64,000 nucleotides of DNA, taken from Minisyncoccota bacterium (GTDB taxonomy: Bacteria > Patescibacteriota > Minisyncoccia > Phycocordibacterales > UBA918). Under the pieces are notes generated by a model. It did not search any database. It saw only the letters and a list, made by a program, of their open reading frames with translations, and was not told the origin of the DNA. Shown in pieces: positions 8,776 to 18,452 of this stretch. The stretch lies in assembly GCA_041389045.1 (NCBI GenBank), contig JAWKSQ010000002.1:23898-87897 (forward strand), given 5' to 3'. Positions within the stretch are counted from its first letter, which is position 1. Each line of letters opens with the position of its first letter. A program made the translations under genes and the position numbers.

Positions 8776-10041
8776 TTAACCAATCACCTCCTTACCCATA
8801 AATGGTCTAAGGGCTTCTGGTACTACAATCGTGCCGTCGGCTTGTTGGAAGTTTTCAATCAGTGATACCAAGATACGTGGCGTCGGAATAGCAGTACAGT
8901 TGAGTGAGTGAGCGTAACGCATCTTTCCTTCCGCATCGCGATAGCGAATATTGAAACGCCTAGCTTGGAAGTCGTGGAAGTATGAAGCAGAACTAATCTC
9001 ACGATAAGTCTGTTCACCTGGAACCCAAAGTTCGATGTCGTACTTCTTTACCTGTCCCTGACCAAGGTCACCACCACAATTAAGGACGGTTCGATACGGA
9101 ATACCGAGGGATTCAATAAACTCTTCCGTGTTACGGTTTATCCATTCGTGTTGCTTTACACTTTCTGCGTGTGAAGCTTCACAAAGTACTACTTGCTCCA
9201 GCTTGAAAAATTCATGCACCCGAATGAGACCCTTAGTGTCTTTACCGTGACTACCAGCTTCTCGACGGTAACAAGGAGAGAACGCCAAAAATTTAATTGG
9301 GAAATCTTTAGCGTCAAGAACTTCATCACTGAAGTAACCCATCGTAGACACTTCACTGGTACCAATCAGATAGTCATCATCTTGAGTTCGATAAACATCG
9401 TCGGCATCATTTGGTAGATGCCCAGTTCCATAAAGATTACTCTTTCGTACGATTGAAGGAACGAGGAGTGGTTCAAAACCTTTATCTAAGAAAAATTTAT
9501 TAGCGTAGTTCCAGATCGCCCAAGAGAGCCTGGCCCCATCACCGCGTAGATAGTAGCCACGAAAGCCGTGTACCTTCACCCCGCGTTCAAAGTCTGCCAA
9601 CTTATGTTTGGTCATAAGTTCGACATGGTCTTTGGCTTCAAAATCAAACTTAGTCTGGTCACCCCAGAGTTTGATTTCTAAGTTATCAGCATCACTCTTA
9701 CCGTCTGGTACCGACATATCAGGAATGTTTGGCACCTGAAGCATTATTTTTTGCCACTCTTCCATGACAGTCTTTAGACTTTCTTCTTCCCGTTGCATTT
9801 CAGTCTTTAGGGACTGCATTTCGATAATGAGCTTATCGCGCAAATTGGCGTCAGCGCCCGAGCGAGCGATTTCAGCTGACACACGGTTTTGTTCAGCTTT
9901 CTTAGTTTCAAGCGCAGTCATTTTGGCCCGTCTTTCGTCGTCCACCACCAAAAGCCTATCTATATCAACTAAAATCTTTTTCTTCTCCGCTGCTGACTTT
10001 ACAATATCGGCGTTTTCTCGAATAAATTTAATATCTAACAT
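8776..10041 (-). CDS. serS: seryl-tRNA synthetase
   Basis: MLDIKFIREN start, a coiled-coil arm, and class II motifs (FRGYYL, CYRREAGS, GGDLG). Confidence 0.95.
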   Translation of the reverse strand: MLDIKFIRENADIVKSAAEKKKILVDIDRLLVVDDERRAKMTALETKKAEQNRVSAEIARSGADANLRDKLIIEMQSLKTEMQREEESLKTVMEEWQKIMLQVPNIPDMSVPDGKSDADNLEIKLWGDQTKFDFEAKDHVELMTKHKLADFERGVKVHGFRGYYLRGDGARLSWAIWNYANKFFLDKGFEPLLVPSIVRKSNLYGTGHLPNDADDVYRTQDDDYLIGTSEVSTMGYFSDEVLDAKDFPIKFLAFSPCYRREAGSHGKDTKGLIRVHEFFKLEQVVLCEASHAESVKQHEWINRNTEEFIESLGIPYRTVLNCGGDLGQGQVKKYDIELWVPGEQTYREISSASYFHDFQARRFNIRYRDAEGKMRYAHSLNCTAIPTPRILVSLIENFQQADGTIVVPEALRPFMGKEVIG

Positions 10042-10210
10042 ACAAAACAATTATGTCACCGATTATACCCTAAATGTGCAAAAAAGTAGAAAGGTAACGA
10101 ATGTTTGACTAAGGAATATGAAAAAAATATACACTCACTTTGGGTCTAAAATAAGTAGTCAAAGTGTAATGTGTCCATTTATACGACAACATTGGGTGTA
10201 CAATAAAAAA

Positions 10211-11071
10211 ATGGATTATCCAATCACCTCCCTACCCCTTTCCGACTTTCCGCCACAGCTTCTAGAGATTCCTCAACCACCAAAGACACTCTGGTATCAA
10301 GGTAAGTTACCACCCAGAGAACTTAAGTTACTAGCTGTCGTTGGTTCACGAAAATACACCTCTTATGGACAGCAAGCCATAGAGACTTTAATTGGTGGTC
10401 TAGCAAACTATCCAATTGGGATTGTTTCTGGACTAGCAATTGGTATCGATTCCCTCGCCCACGAAGCCGCTCTAAAAAATAATCTCTACACCTTATCTGT
10501 CCCCGGTAGCGGTCTCGACCCGGCTGTCTTATATCCCGCGCGCAACAAAAGCCTGGCGGAAAGAATTTTACAACATGGTGGTGGACTGCTGTCTGAACTA
10601 AGCCCAATGACCAAGGCAACTACTTGGAGTTTTCCACAACGGAATCGGATTATGGCCGGACTTTGCCACGCTACTTTACTGATTGAAGCCGGGGCAAAGT
10701 CCGGCACCCTTATCACCGCTCGCATGGCAGTGGACTACAACCGCGAACTCTTAGCAGTGCCCGGTAGTATCTTTTCTAAAAACTCTTTTGGTACCCATCA
10801 GTTCTTAAAGCTCGGTGCCACTATGGTCACTACACCTGAAGATATTATCCTGGCTCTGGGACTTGAAGTAACTGAATCAGAGACTAAGTCTAAGCCAGAG
10901 CTATCTCCGGAGGAGACGTTGGTTATAGAGATACTCCACGAACCAACTGACCGCGACACACTCATTCGTAAACTAAATCTATCTGCTCCTGAAGCCAACA
11001 CCTTACTTATGAGCATGGAAATACAAGGTTACCTAAAATACAATCCCCCACATTACATATCCCTTATTTAA
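10211..11071 (+). CDS. dprA: DNA processing protein DprA/Smf
   Basis: Contains GLAIGIDSLAHEAAL and RNRIMAGL. The start is taken at MDYPITS, codon 32 of the ORF. Confidence 0.85.
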   Translation: MDYPITSLPLSDFPPQLLEIPQPPKTLWYQGKLPPRELKLLAVVGSRKYTSYGQQAIETLIGGLANYPIGIVSGLAIGIDSLAHEAALKNNLYTLSVPGSGLDPAVLYPARNKSLAERILQHGGGLLSELSPMTKATTWSFPQRNRIMAGLCHATLLIEAGAKSGTLITARMAVDYNRELLAVPGSIFSKNSFGTHQFLKLGATMVTTPEDIILALGLEVTESETKSKPELSPEETLVIEILHEPTDRDTLIRKLNLSAPEANTLLMSMEIQGYLKYNPPHYISLI

Positions 11072-11142
11072 GGCGGTTATTCTGAGTAAAGATTTGACAT
11101 ATATTATGAAGCCTAGTATTTGTTACTGAGTTCAATCTATAT

Positions 11143-13503
11143 ATGAGTAAATACAACCTAGTAATTGTTGAGTCCCCAGCGAAAGCAAAGACTATCGAGA
11201 AATATCTCGGTAGTGAATATCGTGTCCTGTCATCTATTGGCCACGTGCGTGACTTACCAAAGACAAACAAAGATGCGGTCGACATTGAAGCAGGTTTTGT
11301 CCCACGCTATATCGTCTCCCCTGGTAAAGAAAAAGTAATCGCTGGTCTTAAGAGTGCCGCCAAAAAAGCCAATGAAGTCTTACTGGCGTCTGACCCGGAC
11401 CGAGAGGGTGAAGCGATTGCCTGGCATATTGCTGAATTAGTTAAAGGTGATAATCCAAACCTCAAGCGAGTCGCTTTTAATGAAATTACTGAAACTGCCG
11501 TGAAAACGGCTATCGCCAAACCGCGCGACCTAGATATCAACCTTAAAGAAGCGCAGGAAGCCCGTCGTGTTCTTGACCGGCTCGTTGGTTATGACCTGTC
11601 TGGTTTAATTTGGAAAAAAGTTCGTTACGGTCTTTCAGCCGGACGAGTTCAGTCGCCTGCCTTGCGCATTATTATGGAGCGAGAGCGAGAGATTCGTGCT
11701 TTTATTCCCGATGACTACTACACCCTAACCGCCCACACCAAAGCTAACAAACTTGAAATTCCGTTTGTCTGTGTTACCGAACCAACTGAAAAGACTGAGG
11801 CGGAGCGAATCGAGAAAGTCGGTAGTGCTAGCTCATGGCAAATTACCGATCTTAAAGAAACTGAGACCAAGCGCTCGGCCCGAGCCCCCTTCACGACTTC
11901 CACTCTCCAACAAACTGCCTCGACCAGACTAGGCTTTTCACCTTCTCGTACCATGGGCGCAGCACAAAAACTTTACGAAGCAGGTTTTATTACCTACATG
12001 CGTACCGACAGCACCACCATCAGTAGTGAAGCGCAAAAACAAATCATCGCTCTCATCAGTAAAGATTATGGTAAAGAGTACCTAGCGCCAAAACAATTCA
12101 AAACCAAAAGCAAATCGGCTCAAGAAGCTCATGAAGCGGTCCGTCCCACCAACTTTGCCAAACATTCTGCTGGTACCACTGGCGACCAGAAAGCTCTCTA
12201 TGAGCTTATCTGGAAGCGAGCAGTAGCTTCGCAAATGGCTGATGCCACTATGAAGCGCGCCAAACTAATTGCCAACATTGTCGATAGCAAAGACACTATT
12301 CCTGATTTTGCCGTCACCGGATCACGAGTTATTTTCGACGGCTGGCTCAAAGTCGACAGCGCTGCTCGTGGTGAAGATACAGAGGTGCCAAAACTTAGCG
12401 TCGGCGACAAGCTAGAACTATTGAATATTGCAGTTGAAGCTAAGGAGACACAACCACCAAACCGTTACACTGAAGCTGGCCTCATTAAAGAACTGGAAAA
12501 ACGTGGTATCGGTCGTCCTTCGACCTACGCTTCAATTATGAAGACTATTATTGATAGAGGTTACGTACTCAAGGAGGGTCGAACCTTGCTCCCTACTGAC
12601 ACCGGAGATGTGGTTTCGTCCTTTTTGGAACAGCATTTTAGTGACTATATTAGTGACACCTTTACTAGTGAGATGGAAGATAAACTAGACGAAATTGCTG
12701 ACGGCAAACGAACCTACGTAAAAACCCTAACTGACTTCTACCTACCATTTCAGAAAGCTGTAGAGGCTAAAGAAAATATTGAAAAGCTAACCAATCTAGG
12801 ACCAGGACCAAAGCAGTTCCCTTGCCCAGAATGTGGCTCTGACATGATTATTAAACTTGGTCGAGCCGGAACTTTCTTATCTTGCGACCGCTTTCCAGAC
12901 TGTAATGGAGCCCGCCTCATTGACGGTAGTGAAATGAAGCCTGACGCACCTATTGGTCTCCACCCAGACACCAAAGAACCTATCTTCATCCTCAATGGTA
13001 AATTTGGTCCTTATGTACAAATTGGCGAGACTCCAGAAAAAGTTAAAGGTAAAAAGCAAGTCAAACCAAAGCGAGCCTCACTACCGGCCGGAGTAAAGGT
13101 GGAGGACGTGACCTTAGAAGATGCTGTAAAGTATCTGACTCTACCACGAGAGCTTGGACCACACCCAATAACTGGCGAACCAGTCGTGGCCAACACTGGG
13201 CAATACGGCCCTTACTTAGCTCACGCCGGAGACTTCCGTTCTCTAAAATTACCTGATGATCCTTACACCATCACGTACGAACGAGCGCTTGAGATATACA
13301 AAGAACCGAAGCAGACTCGCAAAGGTGAAAAACTGATTAAAGAACTCGGAGTTAACCCACTAACCAAAAAACTAGTTAACGTTTTTGAGTCAAAGTCTGG
13401 ACGCTATCTGAAGAAAGGTTTCAAACGTATCAGTATTCCCGACGAAGTATCGACTGACGACCTGAGTCTCGAGGTAGCGATCGAATTACTTAAACGCGGT
13501 TAG
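11143..13503 (+). CDS. topA: DNA topoisomerase I
   Basis: TOPRIM (VIVESPAKAKTI...DPDREGE), the catalytic region YITYMRTDS, and a C-terminal Zn ribbon CPECG...C..C. Confidence 0.95.
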   Translation: MSKYNLVIVESPAKAKTIEKYLGSEYRVLSSIGHVRDLPKTNKDAVDIEAGFVPRYIVSPGKEKVIAGLKSAAKKANEVLLASDPDREGEAIAWHIAELVKGDNPNLKRVAFNEITETAVKTAIAKPRDLDINLKEAQEARRVLDRLVGYDLSGLIWKKVRYGLSAGRVQSPALRIIMEREREIRAFIPDDYYTLTAHTKANKLEIPFVCVTEPTEKTEAERIEKVGSASSWQITDLKETETKRSARAPFTTSTLQQTASTRLGFSPSRTMGAAQKLYEAGFITYMRTDSTTISSEAQKQIIALISKDYGKEYLAPKQFKTKSKSAQEAHEAVRPTNFAKHSAGTTGDQKALYELIWKRAVASQMADATMKRAKLIANIVDSKDTIPDFAVTGSRVIFDGWLKVDSAARGEDTEVPKLSVGDKLELLNIAVEAKETQPPNRYTEAGLIKELEKRGIGRPSTYASIMKTIIDRGYVLKEGRTLLPTDTGDVVSSFLEQHFSDYISDTFTSEMEDKLDEIADGKRTYVKTLTDFYLPFQKAVEAKENIEKLTNLGPGPKQFPCPECGSDMIIKLGRAGTFLSCDRFPDCNGARLIDGSEMKPDAPIGLHPDTKEPIFILNGKFGPYVQIGETPEKVKGKKQVKPKRASLPAGVKVEDVTLEDAVKYLTLPRELGPHPITGEPVVANTGQYGPYLAHAGDFRSLKLPDDPYTITYERALEIYKEPKQTRKGEKLIKELGVNPLTKKLVNVFESKSGRYLKKGFKRISIPDEVSTDDLSLEVAIELLKRG

Positions 13504-13542
13504 GTGCTTGTCATTCAGCTCACTTCTGCCTACAATGATTAG

Positions 13543-14223
13543 ATGAATCTAAAAGACATCATTGTCAAACTAGACAACCCTAGTGAAGCAGACAAAGCCC
13601 TGATTACCGAAGCTTATGCTTTTGTCGAAAAAGCGCACGCGAACCACGTGCGCTATTCTGGTGAACCATACCTTAATCACCTCACTGTGGTTGGTGCCAA
13701 ACTAGCGGAAATGGGTATGGGTGCCCGCACTATCGCCGCCGGACTACTACACGACACTATCGAAGACACTGAAGCTACTTCAGAAGAGATTAAAAACCTC
13801 TTTGGTGAAGAAATACTTTTCTTAGTGGAAGGAGTGACTAAGCTTAGCTCGGTGCGTTATTACGGTACCGATAGACACAACGAGAGTCTGCGCAAACTCT
13901 TCGTCGCTACTAGCCAAGACATTCGTGTTCTCATCATCAAGCTCGTTGACCGTCTCCATAACATGCAGACGCTCGAGCATGTACCGAAAGAGAAACAACA
14001 GCGTATCGCCAGAGAAACTCTAGAAGTCTATGTACCGGTCGCCCACCGTCTAGGGATGGGTAAAATCCGTAAGGAGCTCGAGGATCTAGCCTTCCCCTAC
14101 GTCTACCCCCAAGAGTTTGAAAAAGTCACCAAACTCATGCAAACCAGAGCTGGTAAGTCCAATGACTTGCTAGAAAAGGAACGCAAAGTACTTCAAAAAG
14201 ATTGGCCGAAATCGGTCTGCTAG
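13543..14223 (+). CDS. rel: (p)ppGpp synthetase/hydrolase Rel, N-terminal HD-domain fragment (frameshift at 14195-14200)
   Basis: Carries the HD motif LLHDTIEDT. The reading frame continues in the +1 frame after the A5 run CAAAAAG. Confidence 0.85.
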   Translation: MNLKDIIVKLDNPSEADKALITEAYAFVEKAHANHVRYSGEPYLNHLTVVGAKLAEMGMGARTIAAGLLHDTIEDTEATSEEIKNLFGEEILFLVEGVTKLSSVRYYGTDRHNESLRKLFVATSQDIRVLIIKLVDRLHNMQTLEHVPKEKQQRIARETLEVYVPVAHRLGMGKIRKELEDLAFPYVYPQEFEKVTKLMQTRAGKSNDLLEKERKVLQKDWPKSVC

Positions 14224-15086
14224 ATTTCAATACTTCTTATCGAGTAAAGGGTCTCTTTAGCCTATACCACAAACTAAAGCGCAAAGAATGGGACATTAAT
14301 GCTGTCTACGACCTCTTAGCGATGCGCGTGGTCGTACCAGAAGTAGAGGACTGTTATCGCGCCCTTGGCATCATTCATAAACTATGGCGACCCTTACCCG
14401 GTAGAGTCAAAGATTACATCGCTTTTCCCAAACCAAACGGTTACCAGTCTCTCCATACCACTGTCACTACCCAAAATGGCACAATTTTGGAAATCCAGAT
14501 CCGCACTCGCAAAATGCACCACGAATCGGAATTTGGTATTGCTTCACACATTACTTATAAAGAACCGACAGTTTCTGGTGAAGAAGTAGAAAAAACTTCC
14601 AGATTTGCCAGTCTGATACCGCTCTTATTCAGACCTTTCTCAAAGAGACCAGTCGCTACTGAAGACATGAAAGGTGCAACTAAAACAGCCCATCGTGACA
14701 AAATTCCCCGTTGGATTTCTCAAATTGGGCAAACCCACGCTGGCGACAAATCTTCCACCGCTGACTTTATTGAAGATATGCGCAAGGACTTTTTCTCCAA
14801 TCGTATTTTCGTTTTTACCCCGGCTGGAGACGTGGTGGATTTACCAGTTGGCGCCACACCGATAGACTTTGCCTATGCTATTCACTCTGAAGTCGGTGAC
14901 CACACTTCTGGTGCAAAAGTAAATCGAAAACTAGTCCAACTCGACAGTGAGCTCAAAAATGGAGATATTGTTGAGATCGAAACTCGCAAGTCATCGCACC
15001 CAACCAAGAAATGGTTGGAATCAAGTAAGACTTCCTTAGCCAGACGACGCATCCGCACCGCGCTAGAAAAGGAAATGTTTTCTTAG
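14202..15086 (+). CDS. rel: Rel, synthetase plus TGS fragment
   Basis: Contains YDLLAMRVVV, GYQSLHTTV and EIQIRT, followed by a TGS region (IFVFTPAGDVVDLPVGATPIDFAY). The ORF begins at a TTG that overlaps the end of the upstream fragment. Confidence 0.85.
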   Translation: MAEIGLLDFNTSYRVKGLFSLYHKLKRKEWDINAVYDLLAMRVVVPEVEDCYRALGIIHKLWRPLPGRVKDYIAFPKPNGYQSLHTTVTTQNGTILEIQIRTRKMHHESEFGIASHITYKEPTVSGEEVEKTSRFASLIPLLFRPFSKRPVATEDMKGATKTAHRDKIPRWISQIGQTHAGDKSSTADFIEDMRKDFFSNRIFVFTPAGDVVDLPVGATPIDFAYAIHSEVGDHTSGAKVNRKLVQLDSELKNGDIVEIETRKSSHPTKKWLESSKTSLARRRIRTALEKEMFS

Positions 15087-15092
15087 TAATAA

Positions 15093-15129
15093 GCAAAAAG
15101 CCCCGCGACTACGTCGCGGGGCATTTTGC
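15093..15129. terminator. bidirectional terminator between rel and parB
   Basis: GCAAAAAGCCCCGCGAC-TAC-GTCGCGGGGCATTTTGC. Confidence 0.85.
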
Positions 15130-15138
15130 TTATCTAGA

Positions 15139-16479
15139 TTAAATCCCAAAATTACGAAGTGAGTAGAGGTCATTATCATCCTCATCAACTTTTTTCTCTG
15201 ACTCCGGCTTTTCCTCTGATTTTACTTCTTCTACAGGAGCTGGTACCTCTTCTATATTTACCTCCATCTCATTTGAGGCTGAGACATCTTCATTAGCTAA
15301 AGCCTGGGTCGGAACTTCTTCTACCACCACCTCTGATACGACTGTCTCTTCAGGAACATCGGCGCTCACAACCGGCATAGACTCAGGTAAAGACTCTGAG
15401 TTAACCGGATCTGTCTCAAGTACTCTTTCAGATACTACTGGCACATTATCTGCCTCAACAGCTACTGCTGTAGTAACTCCTTCCGTCACCAAATCCTTAT
15501 CGGTGGCGCTCATTAAAACATCAAACCTTCCCTCCTCTTTGTAAGGCTCTGACTCAAGTTCTTCCTTCGCTGACACTGACTCTGCTAGTGGAGTATTGGC
15601 TACTAAAGCCGCCAACTGAGCGTGTCTAGACGTTTCCACGGTCGGAGCCGTTTCCTCAGCTTTCATCCTAACCAACATCGCTTCCAAATCTTCCACTGAG
15701 AAGTAGTCAATAGTCAGTTTTCCACCGTAGTCAGTCTTCTGTATCTGCACTCTCGTACCAAGTGTTTCCATAAACTTCTTTTCCATTTCGATGAGCTCAG
15801 AATCAAATTCAGCCGGATCCTTTTTACGCACCTTGTCAGTCGCTATCTTGCGGACAATTCTTTCCACTTCACGCACCGATAACTTTTTGAGGAGAATCTC
15901 CCGGAAGACCACATCCTGTTCCTCAGGACGGTCATTGAGCATAAGCAGTGTTCGTGCATGACCTTCAGTCATTTCTCCTAGGCGTAGAGAATTCTGCATA
16001 TAGTCAGGCAGACCGAGAAGGCGGATGGAGTTAGAAACATACTCACGACTTCGTCCCACCTTTCGTGCTACCTGAACATGTGAAAGTCCAAATACATCTG
16101 CCAATTGCCGGAAAGCTAGGGCTCGATCAACCGCATTGAGATCTTCACGCTGCAGGTTTTCAATGATGGCTAGTTCTAGTTTTTCTTGTTCGCTATCTTC
16201 ACCTTCACGAATAATCACCGGGACCTGATTCAGTCCCGCCAATTTACTAGCCCTTAGTCTTCGTTCACCCGCAATAAGTTCATATTCAGTATAAAAAGTC
16301 CCATCTTCGCGTTGTATTTCCTTCCTAGTTACCGTCAGTGGTTGCAAAATACCGTACATTCGTACCGACTCCGACAACTCTTTTAGCTTTTGCTCGTCAA
16401 ACTCCCGCCGTGGTTGAAACGGATTAGGAACAATTTTTTCTACTTCTACCCAGTATATTGAATCACCCTGAAATGCCAT
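15139..16479 (-). CDS. parB: ParB/Spo0J partition protein with a long acidic C-terminal extension
   Basis: Contains PNPFQPRREF, LIAGERRLRA and an HTH region. The last ~170 aa are rich in E, V, S and P. The start is taken at MAFQGDS. Confidence 0.9.
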   Translation of the reverse strand: MAFQGDSIYWVEVEKIVPNPFQPRREFDEQKLKELSESVRMYGILQPLTVTRKEIQREDGTFYTEYELIAGERRLRASKLAGLNQVPVIIREGEDSEQEKLELAIIENLQREDLNAVDRALAFRQLADVFGLSHVQVARKVGRSREYVSNSIRLLGLPDYMQNSLRLGEMTEGHARTLLMLNDRPEEQDVVFREILLKKLSVREVERIVRKIATDKVRKKDPAEFDSELIEMEKKFMETLGTRVQIQKTDYGGKLTIDYFSVEDLEAMLVRMKAEETAPTVETSRHAQLAALVANTPLAESVSAKEELESEPYKEEGRFDVLMSATDKDLVTEGVTTAVAVEADNVPVVSERVLETDPVNSESLPESMPVVSADVPEETVVSEVVVEEVPTQALANEDVSASNEMEVNIEEVPAPVEEVKSEEKPESEKKVDEDDNDLYSLRNFGI

Positions 16480-16721
16480 ACAAACAAAATAAATATAATT
16501 ACCCCCGCAAGTACCCAAACTTGCTTGATTTAACTATTCTAACACATTTAGAATCGCCTCCCTGTTTATAACTTTCCAGTTTTCTGCTAGACTGTCACAC
16601 ACCGCCGCGGTGACAGTATAAAAGTAAACTGCTTTACTTTTATACGTTTCGCCAAGGCAACAGTGGACGATACGAACCTAGCGAGTCAGTTCACAAAAAA
16701 TCAAATTTTTGTTTTCAAAGT

Positions 16722-16831
16722 GCCGGAGTGGTGGAATGGTATAACGGTTCGATAGTCTCCCAGACTATCTCACCTCAAAAATCGTGTGCCGCAAGGCTTG
16801 AGGGCTAAAATAGTCTGGGAGACTATTTTAG
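16722..16831 (+). pseudogene. degenerate tRNA-Leu-like copy with paired CCC/GGG-loop hairpins
   Basis: It shares GTTTTCAAAGTGC(C/T)GGAGTGGTGGAATGGTATA and TGCCGCAAGGCTTGAGGG with tRNA-Leu(CAA). It carries ATAGTCT-CCC-AGACTAT (16752-16768) and CTAAAATAGTCT-GGG-AGACTATTTTAG (16805-16831) in place of a proper anticodon stem and T arm. Confidence 0.55.
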
Positions 16832-16932
16832 AAGGTTGCCAGCAAATTTATGACAAAAAGGAATAAATTGGTGACAACCTGAACAGAATTCGTAGAATTC
16901 AAGTCCCTTATAATATAGTTCGTTTTCAAAGT

Positions 16933-17013
16933 GCTGGAGTGGTGGAATGGTATACACGTGCGACTCAAAATCGCATGCCGCAAGGCTTGAGGGTTCAAGT
17001 CCCTCCTCCAGCA
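16933..17013 (+). tRNA. tRNA-Leu(CAA)
   Basis: GCTGGAG...TGCGA CTCAAAA TCGCA, a long variable arm, GAGGG TTCAAGT CCCTC, CTCCAGC A. No CCA is encoded. Confidence 0.9.
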
Positions 17014-17042
17014 CTTTGAACGAGAACATATCCAATAATATT

Positions 17043-17945
17043 GTGAAAGAAACAAAGCCTAAAATCGTCGCCATCGTAGGGGCAACTGCTTCCGGTAAGA
17101 CTTCCCTTTCTATCGACCTGGCGAAGGAGTTTTCTGGTGAGATTATCTCCGCTGATTCTAGGCAGGTCTATAAAGAACTAGACATTGGCACAGCTAAAGT
17201 AACTCAAGAAGAAATGTCGGGCGTACCACATCACCTTATAGATGTAGTTAATGTAGACACTGTCTTCACTGCTCATGATTTCAAAACCCTAGCCAACCAA
17301 GCTATAACTGACATTCAATCTCGAAACAAACTACCGATCATAGTTGGTGGCACCTTCTTTTACCTTGACCAACTCCGTGGTACGTCGGGTGTCGCAGACG
17401 TAGAACCAAATCCAGAACTACGAGCAGAGCTAGAACAACTATCTCTAGAAGAACTACGAACCAGAGTCGCCACTTTCGACCGTACCCTACTCGAAACTTT
17501 GGAAATTGAAAACCCGCGCCGACTCATGCGAGCTATTGAGATACTTGAAGCCCTTGGTCACATCCCAAAACCCACAGTAGTGGAAAGTCCCTATGATTGG
17601 CTGATAATTGGATTAAGTGTAGAAAAAGAAGAGTTACGATCCCGCTACCGTACACGAGCCACTTCCTGGCTTGAGGTCGGTTTTTTGGACGAAATATCGA
17701 CACTTTTAAAGAAAGGCGTTAGTGAAGCCAGGTTACAAGAAATTGGTTTTGAATATACGTTAGGTCTTAGTCTTCTCAAAGGTGAAATTACTGAAACTGA
17801 ATTTATCGACAAGTTTGAACAAAAAAACTGGCAATACGCCAAACGACAACTACTTTGGCTTAAACGCGACAGTGACATAAAATGGTTCAAACCAGAACAA
17901 AGAACTGACATATTCACTACCGTAGAATCATTTTTACACAATTGA
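17043..17945 (+). CDS. miaA: tRNA dimethylallyltransferase
   Basis: P-loop GATASGKTS, DSRQVYKELDIGTAK. The upstream part of the ORF overlaps the tRNA, so the start is taken at the in-frame GTG 17043. Confidence 0.85.
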   Translation: MKETKPKIVAIVGATASGKTSLSIDLAKEFSGEIISADSRQVYKELDIGTAKVTQEEMSGVPHHLIDVVNVDTVFTAHDFKTLANQAITDIQSRNKLPIIVGGTFFYLDQLRGTSGVADVEPNPELRAELEQLSLEELRTRVATFDRTLLETLEIENPRRLMRAIEILEALGHIPKPTVVESPYDWLIIGLSVEKEELRSRYRTRATSWLEVGFLDEISTLLKKGVSEARLQEIGFEYTLGLSLLKGEITETEFIDKFEQKNWQYAKRQLLWLKRDSDIKWFKPEQRTDIFTTVESFLHN

Positions 17946-18011
17946 TTTTATTACTCTTTTCACCTACTATGTATCCACCTTGCGTAAATCAACGCTAGGC
18001 AAAATAACGAA

Positions 18012-18081
18012 GGGCCTATAGTTCAGTGGTAGAATCCGGTTTCCAAAACCGTTGACCGGGGTTCGAATCCTCGTGGGCCCG
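18012..18081 (+). tRNA. tRNA-Trp(CCA)
   Basis: GGGCCTA TA GTTC AGTGGTA GAAT CCGGT TTCCAAA ACCGT TGAC CGGGG TTCGAAT CCTCG TGGGCCC G. It is 70 nt (position 26 missing, variable loop of 4 nt). No CCA is encoded. Confidence 0.8.
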
Positions 18082-18130
18082 CTCGAGTAAAACGAAAACA
18101 CTTTGACACTGTCAAAGTGTTTTCGTGTTA

Positions 18131-18262
18131 GAAAGCAAATAGTTTTGCTTTCGTGCTCGAGCGGGAGACGGAGACATGTCGCTTTTCGACAGTCGAGTCG
18201 GGGTCGAGAACACTTAGTAGATTTAGAGCGAAGCGAATAAATATACTTAGTGATTCGTGACC
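18131..18262 (+). repeat. tRNA-linked mosaic structured repeat, unit A
   Basis: Conserved hairpin GAAAGCAAATAGTTTTGCTTTC, then CTCGAGCGGG (18156-18165), which is the reverse complement of the tRNA-Trp end CCCGCTCGAG (18077-18086). The core is GGGGTCGAGAACACTTAGTAGATTTAGAGCGAAGCGAATAAATATACTTAGTGATTCGTGACC. Confidence 0.8.
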
Positions 18263-18425
18263 GCAAAAAAGTGGACACAATGTATCCCGTTCCTGTAAGG
18301 AAAGAATCCTCGTGACCGCAAGAAAGTGGCCACAAGGTGTACTGGTCGTGTAACGACCGAAATTCTTCGTTAGTACTTAGTAGAATTAGAGCGAAGCGAA
18401 GAATTATACTTAGTAATTTGTGACC
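18263..18425 (+). repeat. mosaic repeat, unit B (beta segment plus second core)
   Basis: GTTCCTGTAAGGAAAGAATCCTCGTGACCGC, followed by GTACTTAGTAGAATTAGAGCGAAGCGAAGAATTATACTTAGTAATTTGTGACC. Confidence 0.75.
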
Positions 18426-18452
18426 ACAAAAGAAACTACACCAGATACCGGA

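Noticed and set aside
17967-18335. A 122-aa minus-strand ORF. The ORFs at 16823-17074, 16828-17055, 37402-37950, 37935-38126 and 59157-59405 raise the same question.
   Set aside because: They run antisense through tRNA genes and the structured repeats. They have no RBS and low-complexity, odd composition. They are treated as spurious.
18083-18430. I asked whether the repeats after tRNA genes are CRISPR arrays.
   Set aside because: There is no regular repeat-spacer periodicity. The units are ~100-nt structured cores with variable hairpins. There are at most two units per locus, and there are no cas genes in the window.
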